Origin: Adineta vaga
Taxonomy: Eukaryota > Animalia > Rotifera
NCBI GenBank assembly: GCA_021613535.1
Contig: CP075492.1
Span: 18,352,001 to 18,416,000 of the forward strand
Reading direction: 5' to 3'
Length of the DNA: 64,000 nucleotides
Within the stretch, counting starts at the first letter, position 1; each line of letters opens with the position of its first letter. Below, in pieces: positions 1 through 13,000 of the stretch. The notes beneath the pieces are model-generated. The model made no database searches and was not told the origin of the DNA. It was given only the letters and a program-made list of their open reading frames with translations. A program made the translations under genes and the position numbers.

Positions 1-3000
1 TGGATTACTTTCTCAAACAAGCATTAACTTTGTTCAATACTGATCCTGAGCATATACGAAGAATAACAGCTTCAATAGCGTCGTCTAGTACTGATATGTT
101 ATTGAACAAAAGTTTGTCAAATTTTGATAATAAACAAGACAACAAAAGCTTACATTCGTGTCTTTTCATGCATTTCCAATACAATTATTTTTTCAAAGAA
201 TGGCTACGAAGAGGTTATCCAGCAGGTGGATCAATTACTGGACAAAATCCTGTGTCAAAAAGTCTCCTAAAAGATAATTCGGTTTTTGATAAACAACTGG
301 ATGAATTAGTGCAAGCAGGTTTATTACATACATCAGTGAAAATGATCGAAGCAGGTGAAAAGCAAAGCAATTATTCAAGAAATTATTTTAAATGTTATTA
401 TCGTTGTTTGCCTGGATTATCAAATGAAGAACAACAAGATTTTCAACAAAAGTTGAATTCTTTTGAAATCAATACAACATTAGAAAATTATATTCGTTTC
501 CATAATGAATGCATTAAACATGATTTACCTAAACAATATGTTATTGGCAAAGAACAAATGCTCTGGTATCAAGAACGACCACAATATCGTTCTGAATTTC
601 AACATTATTTTCCACGTGAAACATTTGTTCTTAAACTAAACGATCATGAACAAATAAACATGGACAATGCTTTTCAAACATTTGATAATTACGAGCAAAA
701 TATTAACATCAATAGAAATGCATCTCATTCCAAAATCACAAAGGATATGGCAACATTAACTGATGAATTCGAAGTTGAAAACAATCTCAACATTATTTCG
801 AATATTAAATCTATTAAAAGTGTATATGTTTGTAATAAATCATCACCATTATTATCTCGACCAATAACAACAACATTAGTAGCAGTACCAAAACCAAATG
901 AAACGGCAATTCAACAAGGATTTTTACTTGAAATGAATAAAGAAAAATCAAAATTACAGCAAATTCTCGATTCTTTGTGCTTTGTTGTCGGTTACGATAC
1001 GTATAATGAAATCATTACAAATGTGAATAAATTGAACAAAAAAGATGAACAAAGTAATTCGCTCATAACTTAACTATAACGATGAATGTTTTATATCAAT
1101 TTCTTTACAGAATCTAAGTATTTTCTTACATTCAACAGTAGCAATATGGGCACACGTCTTTATAAGAAGTTTCAGATTGATGGTAAGTAAATTTTAATTT
1201 ATTTATCATATACTAGTTAGTCATGAACATTTATTTTTAAATTCAATAGAACTCGAAGGCAATCATGATGCATCAGTATTTAATAACCAAGAAACAACAT
1301 TACTATTGAATGAAACACAAGAGCAAGGAGTTGTTTCTGATCAACAAATATCACCCAACTTCAATTTGACATGTGATGAATGTAAATAAACATTTATATG
1401 TAAACCAATTCATATCTCATATTCATTTTCGTCTTTGTTTAGTATTTCAGAGTAATGACAGAACATCAATGGCTACAAATATTATCAACCAATCATCTAT
1501 CCCATCGGCTTACGATGCTAATAATGTTCTCCATCATAACAATACCATAAACAGTGCACATCAAGCTGTTCCAATTCTAACTAATCAAAATATACAATCA
1601 GGTATGTTTTCCTGACAAAACCCATGAGTTTTAATTATTTATTTTATAGATATTCTTGAAGATATTGATGATGATGAATTAATCAATCTTTTTGATTATC
1701 TCGATAAATGTACTTATAATTTTGATCAACGTGTATCTAACAACATAGATTTACAGATAAATAGTGAGTATGATCTACTCTGTGTAAAATATAAGTTGAA
1801 CACAAACAGGATTTCTGTCATCTTCTGTCAATGTTCGTTTTGGTGGTATTACGCATCTCATAATAATTAAATCGGAATTATTCTGAAATAGTAAATGATA
1901 AATTTTCATGATCTTAAAGTAGTACTTTTTTTAATAAGTATTTTCAAAATATTTATTGACAGTTATGAATCAACAAGTATTGGTTTGATATTAGGTTGCA
2001 TTGCGCAAGAATTTTCCTAGAGAATTAAAGATATATCTATGAAATAGGAATATTAACATATTACATTCTAATGTTTTTTCTTTGCAATTAGATTTTAATC
2101 AAAATGATAATAGAAATCCGTTCGACATGAACCTTGAAAAAACAAGTATGTAAACAATGCATTATTAATGCAATTAATGCTTTTGAATTTTCTTTCCAGA
2201 CAATAGTATGGTAGAATCAAATGATGTGACAATGGATTTAATCGACGACATTATCAACAATATGGAGAACCATAATAATACTTCCAATACGGAAGGTTTT
2301 ACATATTTTGTTCTTCATGAAGACAATATCTTTCTATGCAGAAATCTTTATTTATAGAAAATACAACTATTGATGACGTTGATAATGTATGTGTGGCAAC
2401 CAGTGATTCACTTGCTGTCGATAACGCAATCCAAGTTGATACAAACAACAATAATGGTAAGGGATTTTATCATAATATATTATCATATGAATGCAGTAAT
2501 TTTATTCATCTTTTTGTTTCAGTTCATGTACTTGTCGATACAACAAACACATCTCTCAATCGTATTAATTCTAATCAAGAAAAAAAAGAAAGTAAGCATT
2601 ATTAGCTATATTTAAAATGTTTGTTTTGTATTACAACTTATGTCTTTCTTTTGATTGTATTTCGTAGGTTCTGGAGAAATCATAAAACAATTGGCAAAAC
2701 TGATTTTATTAAGAGGAGGTGCTTTATTTATGAAGTCGTATCCGACAATACGTAATGTAAACAATTCAGCCAATCTTCGTAATTCAGCTATTAGTTATTT
2801 AATGAATGAAAAGTTGGTCGAATGTGGAGAGTTTTTAACGAATGAAGGAAAAAGAACCAAAACTATTTATCAAGCATACTTAAAGTTATTACCACCAGAT
2901 GATGATACAAATAATTCCAATGAATATCGTGAACGTATGGAATTTCTTACATCATTAACAAAGCTCGATATGACCGAATCAGAATATAAATCATCATTTA

Positions 3001-3373
3001 AATGTATTGATTATTTGTCTGGAAATATTGCAACGTCAATTAAATGTACAGATCGAATGATTCTTAATGGATTAGGACAACAACGGTTGAATCAATACAA
3101 TGATTTGGTATTCTATGACACATCTCGATGGCATAAGCGTGTTCAAGATGAAACTCAATATGATCAAATTTCTGATACAGGTAATCTGTTAGCTTTCAGT
3201 AGATAATGAATTAGCTTGTTGATATATTTTTAGAAATCGCCGATTTAACAAAAGAATCAAATCAACGACCTTCAAAGAGAGCATCGACAACGAAAAAATC
3301 GAATAAAGCCAAGAAAATGAAAACATCCAAAAGCTCCGATAAAGAAAACCGACTTTCATCTCAAGAGTTTTAA
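1..3373 (+). CDS. Multi-exon gene of unknown function (5' end outside window), probable accessory gene of the KDZ transposon
   Basis: ORFs 30-1073 and 2655-3206 are linked by small GT-AG exons (about 1111-1182, 1451-1601, 1650-1763, 2200-2296, 2358-2456, 2523-2591, 2668-3180, 3234-3373). The last exon encodes a basic NLS-like tail (RPSKRASTTKKSNKAKKMK), stop TAA at 3371-3373. Internal exon boundaries are approximate. Confidence 0.6.
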
Positions 3374-4020
3374 ATGGAAACGTTTAATAATTATTTCAAA
3401 GAAGTACCAATGAAATAACAATCAACAAATATTTTCAAATGGTAACATGTGATAGATTCGATAGCATTTATTGCGTTTTCTTAACATTAATTAATGTATA
3501 TCTTTTTTTTTTCCTCAAGTTTATCCTGTAAATTTATATCTCTTCGTGACAATCTGTGTTCATATTGTAAGCCTTATCAGCATTTTATAAAAATGTATTT
3601 CTCTTACTTTTATTTCTTCTATGGTGTGATTATCATCTCTTTGTACATTTTATGAAATGTGTCTACTTGATTTCATGAAATTCTTTTATATTTATTGAAC
3701 TTTATTATTTATTATGTCGAGAAGCTATTCATATTTTTCTATTATTGATAATTATAAAGCAATGATTGCGTGTATTAGTGGCTTCTCTCTTTTTGCTTAT
3801 CATTTGTAATATAGAGAAAGATTGTTAATTGTCATGACTTTGTTTATATTGATCATATCACGATGCTGTATCTGAATTAACTTATGTAAAGATTGATTTT
3901 AATAAAAACTAAAACATTGTGAATTATAAATATTAGTTATTTCTCTGTCCAATAAAAATTTATTTGCAGGGACAGAACATCATATTCAAATAGGAAAAAT
4001 ACAATTGTCAATTTATAGAT

Positions 4021-6248
4021 ATGAATAATCAATCAAAATCATATGACGATGATCAATGGAATATATATCCACTTTTAGAAACTTTATTGAATACCATGGA
4101 TTTGGCTTCTATACGTTTAATCATCGATTTATTATCTCTGATTCATCAAGATGTACCAAATCGATATCAATTGATTATGAAATTAGTTAATCAAAGACGA
4201 GAATCCAATAATCTGTCGTTATATAATTTATCCGATATTAAAACAATTATTTATTTATTCGAATCGTGTAGGAAATTAAAGACATTATTTATTTCTCATT
4301 CATGTGCTAAAGAACAAATTATGGCATATAACATGAAATGTGATAAACATGAAATAATTAATACGAGCTATGTTACTTCATTTACAAATACGTGTATTCA
4401 ATGTAATCAGTTGTTGGTACGTCCAAAAACTCGATCAATTACTTACTTTAAACAAACTGGCGTCGAATCAGCTTTATTATTTGAATATCGATGTACATCT
4501 ATTAATTGTGGAATAACATATTGTGGCATATATTATCAACATCCTACCACAGATCGTATTACTATAACACCAACATCAATTTTACATCATGAAATTATTT
4601 ATCTTGGTGGTGATTTTGCCTATGAAAAGAATTTAATTACTGAATTTACATCAGATTTATTATTTAATCATGCAACATTTTATGGCTTTGCAAATGCATA
4701 TAACTATCGTAATAATTTGAAAAAACAAGATAACACTTCGAATTTAAGACAGTTACAAGACAAACATTTTCAAGGTGTATGGATTCAATACCAGCTGGCA
4801 TGCATGCTTTTTATGACTTCAACAAATCGAAATTTCGAATGTTTAACCAACTTTTCATCTATGCCTGATCTTCGTGATCGATTTTTACGTGAACAAAATA
4901 ATTTAATTAATCCATTGTTTATGATCTTATGGACACATCATAAACAAATAGCAACAGAAGAACATATTTATAAATATGACCACAAACTGAAGAATAAAAC
5001 TGATAAATGTTCAACATGTTTGGTTGCTGATGGTCATGAAAAACCGTCACGATTAGTTTGTGCACATAAATCAACAGTTAGTCTACAACATCATGAATTA
5101 GGCGAAGTCGAAATTGGCTGTTCTGAAACACCATTGAGACGTACACAAGGTGCGTATATTTGAAAACAAATTAAATTTCAGTCACTGAGAATAGGAAACT
5201 ATTTCCTAGGATTTTATTTTACATGTTTAGTTCATTATCAGATATCATGTATAAATGTTCAACTATAAAATACAGATGATATATACGCTTTTGTTATTTA
5301 GATAATGTAACAAATGCATCATTTTGTCGAAAACATCAACCTTCTGATTCGAATGATGTTCTGAATGCAACCATGACGAATGATCCAAATGTTTGTGGAA
5401 ATTTATCAACGAATGTACACAAGTTAATATCTAATCATGATGTTTCCAACAATGGTTTACATAAATCATCAACATCGATAAAATCACATGAACAAACAAA
5501 CATTGATCTTGGAAAATTCACGTCATCACAAGTTGATGAACAAATAAAAGCTGTTCTAGGATTAGATGATAATGTCAATGTAAATACGGATGTTTGTAAC
5601 GTCTATCGAGACAGTTTACTTGAACGAAAAAACGACACATCTGGTTTTATGGCCATTTTTTATGATTGTGGAATTATTGTTGCATTTCAAGAATCGATTC
5701 GAAGTGAATCGGTTCGTCGATTATTATATTTACTATTATCATTGATTAAAACTGTTAAAAATAAGGTGCCCAACGCTTTACTTTATGATAATGCCTGCTC
5801 TTTACGTTTATTTATTGATAAATGGTACGATAAAAAATCCTTCAAAATTAGTGAATATACAAAATTTATCAAAGAAATGCACATAGCTATTGATAGGTTC
5901 CACGAAGGAAATCATCGTCGAACAATTTGCCAAACAATAATGCGTGCAGATCATCCGTCACATGAAAACCGATTTGCATATGTTAACTCTGAAATATGCG
6001 AACAAATGTTTTCATATTTTACTAAATTTAAATCGGCATTTCGTAATTACAGTTATCCCAAATCTGTTACTTTCTACATGTTATTATTTCATTTGAAAAA
6101 TTGTCAACTGATTGGTTTACATCCAAGTACACAATCGGTGAACATGAAAGAATTAAATGATTATTGGCAAATCAATATTCGTGCGAAGAAACGTTCATTA
6201 GAAAATATTGATTTTCATTCAAACAAAAAGAATTGTTGTAGTTCATAG
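4021..6248 (+). CDS. KDZ (Kyakuja-Dileera-Zisupton) transposase with CxC5/CxC6-like cysteine clusters, 2 exons, ~691 aa
   Basis: Exons 4021-5149 and 5302-6248; the phase-1 intron 5150-5301 restores the frame (GCSETPLRRTQ/DNVTNASFCRKH). Motifs: CIQC...YRCTSINCGITY (CxC5-like), CLVADGHEK, YDCGII...RSES, LLYDNAC, IDRFHEGNH, NSEICEQ. Confidence 0.85.
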
Positions 6249-6527
6249 ATATAGATATTTCTTGCATATAATGAATTGTATAGGATATAAAACAGTTAAT
6301 CAAATGTAAATATTTTTCAAAAACAGATGCTTTTTTTTATATACGTTAAATAACTTTTTTTGTACATCAAAACTCTCAATAAATGCTATATTTTGTGCTT
6401 AAACTGTTATGACCTGCTCATTTCAAAGACGACAAAGCATTTATGAAAACCACGAACATAAGGCATGTATCAACAAATATTAGTAGGTGTTTTCTCAGGA
6501 AGTTAACAGACAACGATGTATTGATGT

Positions 6528-6871
6528 GACGATCTAACGAGGTAACGATCTGACGGTCCAACGAGGTGACGATCTAACGAGGTAACGATCTGACGATCCA
6601 ACGAGGTGACGAGGTGACGATCTGACGATCCAACGAGGTGACGAGGTGACGATCTGACGATCCAACGAGGTGACGAGGTGACGATCTGACGATCCAACGA
6701 GGTGACGATCTAACGAGGTAACGATCTGACGGTCCAACGAGGTGACGATCTAACGAGGTAACGATCTGACGATCCAACGAGGTGACGATCTAACGAGGTA
6801 ACGATCTGACGGTCCAACGAGGTGACGATCTAACGAGGTAACGATCTGACGGTCCAACGAGGTGACGATCT
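6528..6871. repeat. Subterminal minisatellite: 43 units of 8 bp (GACGATCT, AACGAGGT, AACGATCT, GACGGTCC, GACGATCC, GACGAGGT) in 40-bp and 32-bp higher-order repeats
   Basis: Read directly: 344 bp = 43 x 8 with no indels. Confidence 0.95.
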
Positions 6872-7724
6872 AACCGAGCTAGTCAAAGCGCCTCGTGATA
6901 GTTGAATACGATCAATAATCTTACGATAGTAGTATGACACTCATGGCGATTGCGCTGTCAGTCCTTGCAACTAGTGTACCTCACACGCACACGCACACCA
7001 CACAGAGACACAATCGTTAGATGTTCTGCTTTTTATATATTATGAAAAAAAAATAAAAATAAAATAATTTATTTCTTGAATTATTCTTGAAAGATTTAAC
7101 TAACTCTATTCAGAGAAAACTTAACGTGCTGGAGGCCAACATGGAATATCACCCAAATTGAGTTTTACTAGAGTTATACTTCCGAATTTCAAGAACCTCT
7201 GCGCATTGGTTAAGACCTAACTCATAGATTATCGCTGGCATTAGCTTGACTTCTCATTGCAAGAAATCATTTTTTGAAGTATCGAAATATAACAATTTCG
7301 GAGTGTTGATTCCCCCGCTTGGGGTAAGGCTGCGGGTGGATATCTCTCTCTTCTTTGCTCATGCCCATCATCAAGTTGATGAATGGTGTGACAATTACTT
7401 GAGAGCATTATCTATACTGATATGTTAGAAAATCAATAAAAAAAAGAACCATAAAACGAAAAATCGATTCTAATTGAGTGTTTTGCAATCAACCGACAGT
7501 TTCAATAAAGAAACGAGCATATGTATGCCAGACTCGTCTACCATCTAGTTTTAACATACAAATTTCTTGTTGATAGAGGTACAGAAACATAAAATACATG
7601 AAAAGGAAGAAACGAAAAAACAATTTTGATCTTGTTTTTTTTTGCGTTCTGGTCGATAGAATAATAATATCGATCTGCGTGTGATTGACAAGTCAAACTT
7701 CGAAATAAAAAATAAAAACATCAA

Positions 7725-8333
7725 ATGAGAAAAGAAAGAGATTTAGAACCGTTTTTGGTCAATTCATCCAAACAAAGATCTTTCAATGAAATTCCATCTC
7801 AATCATGGATTCGTTATTTAGTTGGGAGTGTTGTATCACCATCAATTTTTCGTTTAATAGTTTTTTTTATTCTTCTTTTTATTCCAATAACTGTACTCAT
7901 TATTGGAATAAATTATCGTGATCCACGTCATTGTCCAATCGAACCTCGTATTCGGGTATTTTTAATCGTTCATGGAAGTGTTCTACTTGGATGGATTCTT
8001 CTTCTTCTTATTGTTTCTATATTAACTATAAGAGCAGCTACTAAGAATGGTCCATTGAATTCAACAATTCTTGTGATTGTATTCAGTATAATTATTATTC
8101 TTGGTACAATATTTTTAATCATTTGGACGATCATTGGAAGTGTATGGACATTTAACATATATCATTGGATAACTTATTATTATGATACAAAAACGAATTT
8201 TTATCCATATAATTATTGTCATCCAGAATTATATCGATTTACATTTGTTTATATTATTTTATCTTATATTATCGTATTTTTTCAATGTTGTTATCATTGT
8301 TTTAATAATAAGTTTATTATTTCACAAAACTAA
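7725..8333 (+). CDS. Four-TM TMEM272-like membrane protein
   Basis: Four hydrophobic segments with CPIEPRIRVFLIVHG, IWTIIGSVWTF and YCHPELYRF motifs typical of the TMEM272-like family. Confidence 0.7.
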   Translation: MRKERDLEPFLVNSSKQRSFNEIPSQSWIRYLVGSVVSPSIFRLIVFFILLFIPITVLIIGINYRDPRHCPIEPRIRVFLIVHGSVLLGWILLLLIVSILTIRAATKNGPLNSTILVIVFSIIIILGTIFLIIWTIIGSVWTFNIYHWITYYYDTKTNFYPYNYCHPELYRFTFVYIILSYIIVFFQCCYHCFNNKFIISQN

Positions 8334-8510
8334 TGACATACTATTCTTTTTTCAAGGACAACATTTTTATTATTCTAATGATACTGAATTGTTGTTGTTT
8401 TTGTTTTTGCGTAAAATTTCAATTTTTCTGAATTTTCTTCCATAATTGAATTGATAATTAAAGAATAAAAGAAAAGGAAATGAAAGATTAAACGAAGATA
8501 GTCTTGTTAA

Positions 8511-9491
8511 TTAAATCGTCACTGTTCCAAATGGTTGAATTCGAATTGTTCTTCTTATTTTGAATAATTTCATAAATGTTTTTTGTATTTGTTCTTGTTT
8601 TATTAAAATTGCAAATGGAAATAAAAGTGGCAAAAAATAAGATAATAAATTTGTATAATAATATGGACTTGTATAAAACCATGGATCAGACACGCCAAGC
8701 ATTCCAGTTGTTATTAGTGGAATATTAAATAATAAAAATAAAAATCCAATTGGTAAAAGTTGAAGAAACATTTTACGTGTTCGTTTCCAAATTCGTCGTT
8801 GCATTAAATTTCGACTGATTTTATATTTTTGATAAATAACACGAAAAATGATTAAGAAAATAAAGAACATAACTAAAAATGTTGGTAATAAATTTGCTAA
8901 AATCCAATCAAGATTTTGAATGATTGTATCACCAACAGTTTCATAACATGATACACTACATGCAATTTGAAGATAATCAAAATTATTTTGTTCACATGGA
9001 TAAATAAATATTAAATAAATATACCAAAGAAATGGAAATAATATTATAATTATTAAGGAAATATAATAAAGAAGAATATTTAATAAATGATTACGTATTA
9101 TTAAATGTTTATAAAATATCATAAAATAACGTTCAAAACAAGATAAAGATAATAACCATAAATTTAATGAATATAGAATATAATCACATAGAATCCAAAA
9201 TATACAATATGTTTTAGGAGATCCCATTGATTCAATGTAATAAATATCATGAAAATGAATGATTATCATTGGAATATCAATTGTATTTATTAGAAATGAA
9301 CCGATTAATAAAGAAATAAGCATTCGATTTGAAGGATGTTGATCATGAAAATGAAGAAAATTATAGAAAAGTAATAAACTACAGAGAATTGATGGAATAT
9401 CGATTAGAAGAAATATATAAAATGTAATTTGTCTTGATAAATATGTTTCAATTTCTTCGAATTGAGTTTCATTGGAAAGATCTTCTTCCAT
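8511..9491 (-). CDS. Orphan rhodopsin-like (class A) GPCR
   Basis: Seven hydrophobic segments, C at the top of TM3, SCFERY (DRY-like), TM6 FNIP. Confidence 0.85.
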   Translation of the reverse strand: MEEDLSNETQFEEIETYLSRQITFYIFLLIDIPSILCSLLLFYNFLHFHDQHPSNRMLISLLIGSFLINTIDIPMIIIHFHDIYYIESMGSPKTYCIFWILCDYILYSLNLWLLSLSCFERYFMIFYKHLIIRNHLLNILLYYISLIIIILFPFLWYIYLIFIYPCEQNNFDYLQIACSVSCYETVGDTIIQNLDWILANLLPTFLVMFFIFLIIFRVIYQKYKISRNLMQRRIWKRTRKMFLQLLPIGFLFLLFNIPLITTGMLGVSDPWFYTSPYYYTNLLSYFLPLLFPFAILIKQEQIQKTFMKLFKIRRTIRIQPFGTVTI

Positions 9492-10051
9492 GGAATATTA
9501 TGAATAAAGAAAAAGAAAAGAGAACTTTATTATTAAACTTTGTCTAAAGAATCATAGATATATCAGGAATTTCTCTTTGTCTAACTTGTTAATTAGAAAA
9601 TAGAGAAAACAAAGGTATGCGAAGAGTATATTGCTCTAAAACATAGGTAAGTATGGAGTTTTTCAAATGAACTATTATAGATAGACAAACATATAAGCCG
9701 GATGTAGGGGGTGCGGGTACTCAAAGCTTCTGTTATCTTGGTCAAAAGGGAAATCTGAGGACTTTCAGAGAGGAAATCAAACGGCATGATTTTGCACGTT
9801 ATATTCTTTTGAACGTGCTCTTTATCAATTATGGAATCACGTCCGTTTGCCTTCTAGATTGGAACATTTGTCCTGACAAACATTTATATTTGAAGAAGAA
9901 ATAAAAATATAAAATGATGGATATAGCTGTTATTTCAGCTTCACTTCATTTGCTAGAGAATTCATCATTTTAAAGCGTTTGTTTCTCATCGATATAAATC
10001 AAGTAATCTTTTCAAGAGTATGAAATAAAATACTGTGAATTTTAAAGTATT

Positions 10052-13000
10052 ATGACAACCAGTATTCTAAAGATACTGGTTTTTAGCGTTGTTATTCTTG
10101 ATCAAGCAGCAGGAAGTCTTGGTAAGTTCCAAACATTTGTGGGTATGAGTGTTAGATAGATGTGGTACCCGCACTGACATTCTCTAGATGAAAACAATCA
10201 AAATGATCTAAAGAATGATATTTTTTGCACTTAAAATAATTCTGATAATAGCTTAGTGTTCATACCATTTATTGAAAGTTTAAGCTTGGCCGTAAATCAT
10301 GAGAAATCTCCAATGGAGCTATGAACGCAAAATGTAACTCTGAATTGAATACGTTCAAATGCATAAAATACAGGACTTAAATACTTGTTTTATTTGCAAA
10401 AATAAATTGTTTGGCTTAGAGTATATTTTACTAATACCCGCTAGTTTTTGATATAAATTCGATACCGAAGAAATGTATTTAAAAGACTAGCTATTGGAAA
10501 ATTAGATTCCACAATCGAAGAAGGTAATTTTGAGTGTCGAACTGGTTGTGTTATGTATAACATCACGGAATATAGGACAAGTAACGCTATCGTATGTGAA
10601 CTCTCTTAAATCTTGATATTGTAACTGTAGACTCTCTGAGATCTCATAACGAATTTGAATTTCTCACGTCTGAGTGCGTATAGCCCAGCTATTTTCATAC
10701 TCTCTAACTCCAACCAATGATCTTTGATTCGCTGTAGTCGATAACATAAGGTTCAGCTATGATCTGACTCTCCCATTACCAATAATAATTGTTCACTAAT
10801 GGTGATATATTCGGTCAAACAGAAAGTACAGACTCAAGCAAGAATTAAGACAATTTATTTCTTTAAGATTCTTCTCTATGAGAAAGAGAATAATTGCTTG
10901 TTTCATGTTCCTTTGATGCATCAGTCTGTACGGATAGTGTAAGCTAACACGAAAAACAAAATATTGATTTTCGTAATGGAAATCGATTAGTTATTGAAAC
11001 AAAAGTTTAAATTTGTTCAGACCGTCAATAGGACTTCAACGACAAAGTTATCTACGTAAAAAATATGATGACCATTAAATACACCTTTGATGTTGTAGAG
11101 ATATCCTACAATCAACCGAAATTGTCTTCATATGCACGATGGAATCTCAGTGGTATTACCTTGCTAAATACAACACGTATGGAGTTCGACACTGTTAATC
11201 TTTTTGTTGATCGAAATAATACTGTCTATGTTGCCGACCTTCATAACAAGCGAATTCATATTTATCACACAGATGGCACCAAAAGGATAATTATCCTCGA
11301 TGGTTTCTTCACTCCTACACAGGAGCCTTCTGTGGGGAGAGGTAGCGGTCTTTTCGTCACGAATGAAGGCAGCATATATCTCAACAGCCAAAGGTTGAAG
11401 GAAGTAGTAAAATGGTCCCAAAATACAGGAAATGTTGCCGTCATGATGACAAGTTCGAGGCCTTGCGCTGGAATTTTTGTTGACATTGCGAATTATCTAT
11501 ACTGCTCGCAAACCACGCATCAAGTTGTGAAGCAATCACTCGATGCTGGTACCAATACACCAATCATTGTAGCGGGCCACAGTGGCTTGGGATCCACATC
11601 TTCTATGCTAAAGTCTCCGCGCGGTCTTTTCGTCGATACTAACTTTGATTTATACGTAGCGGACTTTTATAATGAGAGAGTTCAATTTTTCAAGTTAGGA
11701 AAACAGGATGGTATCACTGTTGCGAAAAATGGCATAACATTTACACTCGGACTCATGCTCCCAGTAGCTGTCGTTTTAGATGCTGATGGTTATCTATTCA
11801 TTACAGACCACATGGGACCGAGAATTATTGGGTCAAATCTTCATGGATTTTATTGCGTAATTGGTTGTTCACGTGAAAATGGTCGTGCATTTAGGCAATT
11901 GACCAGTCCAGTGATTACCGTTTTCGATAGCTTGGGTAATATTTTCGTTGCCGATTATAAAGGAATCCAAAAATTTATTCTGACGACAAATGCTTCTAGT
12001 AAGTGAATAGATATATCAAATTTTATGTAAGACAAAATTGATATGAAGCTTCGTTATAAGTTAAAACGAAAACTTGAACCGATTGCAACGTGAACAAACG
12101 CTGTGCAATGGTTCCGACTATTGTTTCATGTTCGGTTGTTTATTTGAAGATATAGTTCGAAAATATTGCACAGTTATTTGAACTATTTCTCATTACTTGA
12201 CATCTTTGCTTAAGTGAAAATTTGTTAAATTCTATTAAGAGTAAGATCGAACTATTTTCAGATATACAATTTCGAAGAAGAAAACTTGTTTTACATTAAA
12301 TTAGCGGGAGCACCCGATGACAATTAGGTAACAGTTATATCGGAAAGCTCACATGTTGAAAAACTATAGAAGATAAAGATAACAATATGTTTAAAATTTC
12401 TCCGTTTGTAGTCTCTATAACTTCTGCTGTTACTTATAGTTGAAAAGCGACTGATAACTAAACAGTTTCTTGCCATTCGAATTTTGACAGTCGATGACGT
12501 TTATGGTATACAATATATACATCACGGATATGAGACAGATTGTTTCTTTTACCGCAGTTTATGTTACATAATACTAGATTTACGGACTAAAGTCAATATA
12601 GCGTCACACGTGACTTTATATTTTGAATGTCATATTAACTTCAGTAAATCAAGACAGATTGAACTGAAATTTTCATCATTTTATCTGCTATTTGTGGCGA
12701 TATATCGTTGAAAATACCGCCGTCAAAAAATTATTCTTTCGTCTATTACAAGAGAAAATGGTCTGAAATGTTAAATGAGACTTTTCCGAGACATTCATTC
12801 CGGATTTTATACGTACATCATTAGCACATAACGTAGACTGAAGTGCACAAGTTACATATCACTTGATTTTCTATTTTAGGAAGTATTGTAACATATGATA
12901 GTACACGATAATTTATTCATTGAAATTCACACATGTTAACGTAGTGATGGTGAATAAAGAAACTGCACTAGGAAAGTTGTATGATCGCGCTTTATTGAAT

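Larger units (their letters stand above)
1..6892 (+). mobile_element. KDZ-superfamily DNA transposon, right portion; candidate right terminus ...GAGCTAGTCAAAGCGCC at 6876-6892
   Basis: The transposase is followed by a subterminal tandem array that ends abruptly in a 17-bp GC-rich non-repeat motif. The left end is outside the window, so TIR and TSD are unverified. Confidence 0.6.

Noticed and set aside
6503-6777. Three overlapping minus-strand ORFs, and a possible CRISPR-like reading of the array
   Set aside because: The ORFs are translations of the 8-bp minisatellite; there are no unique spacers and no cas genes, and the context is eukaryotic.
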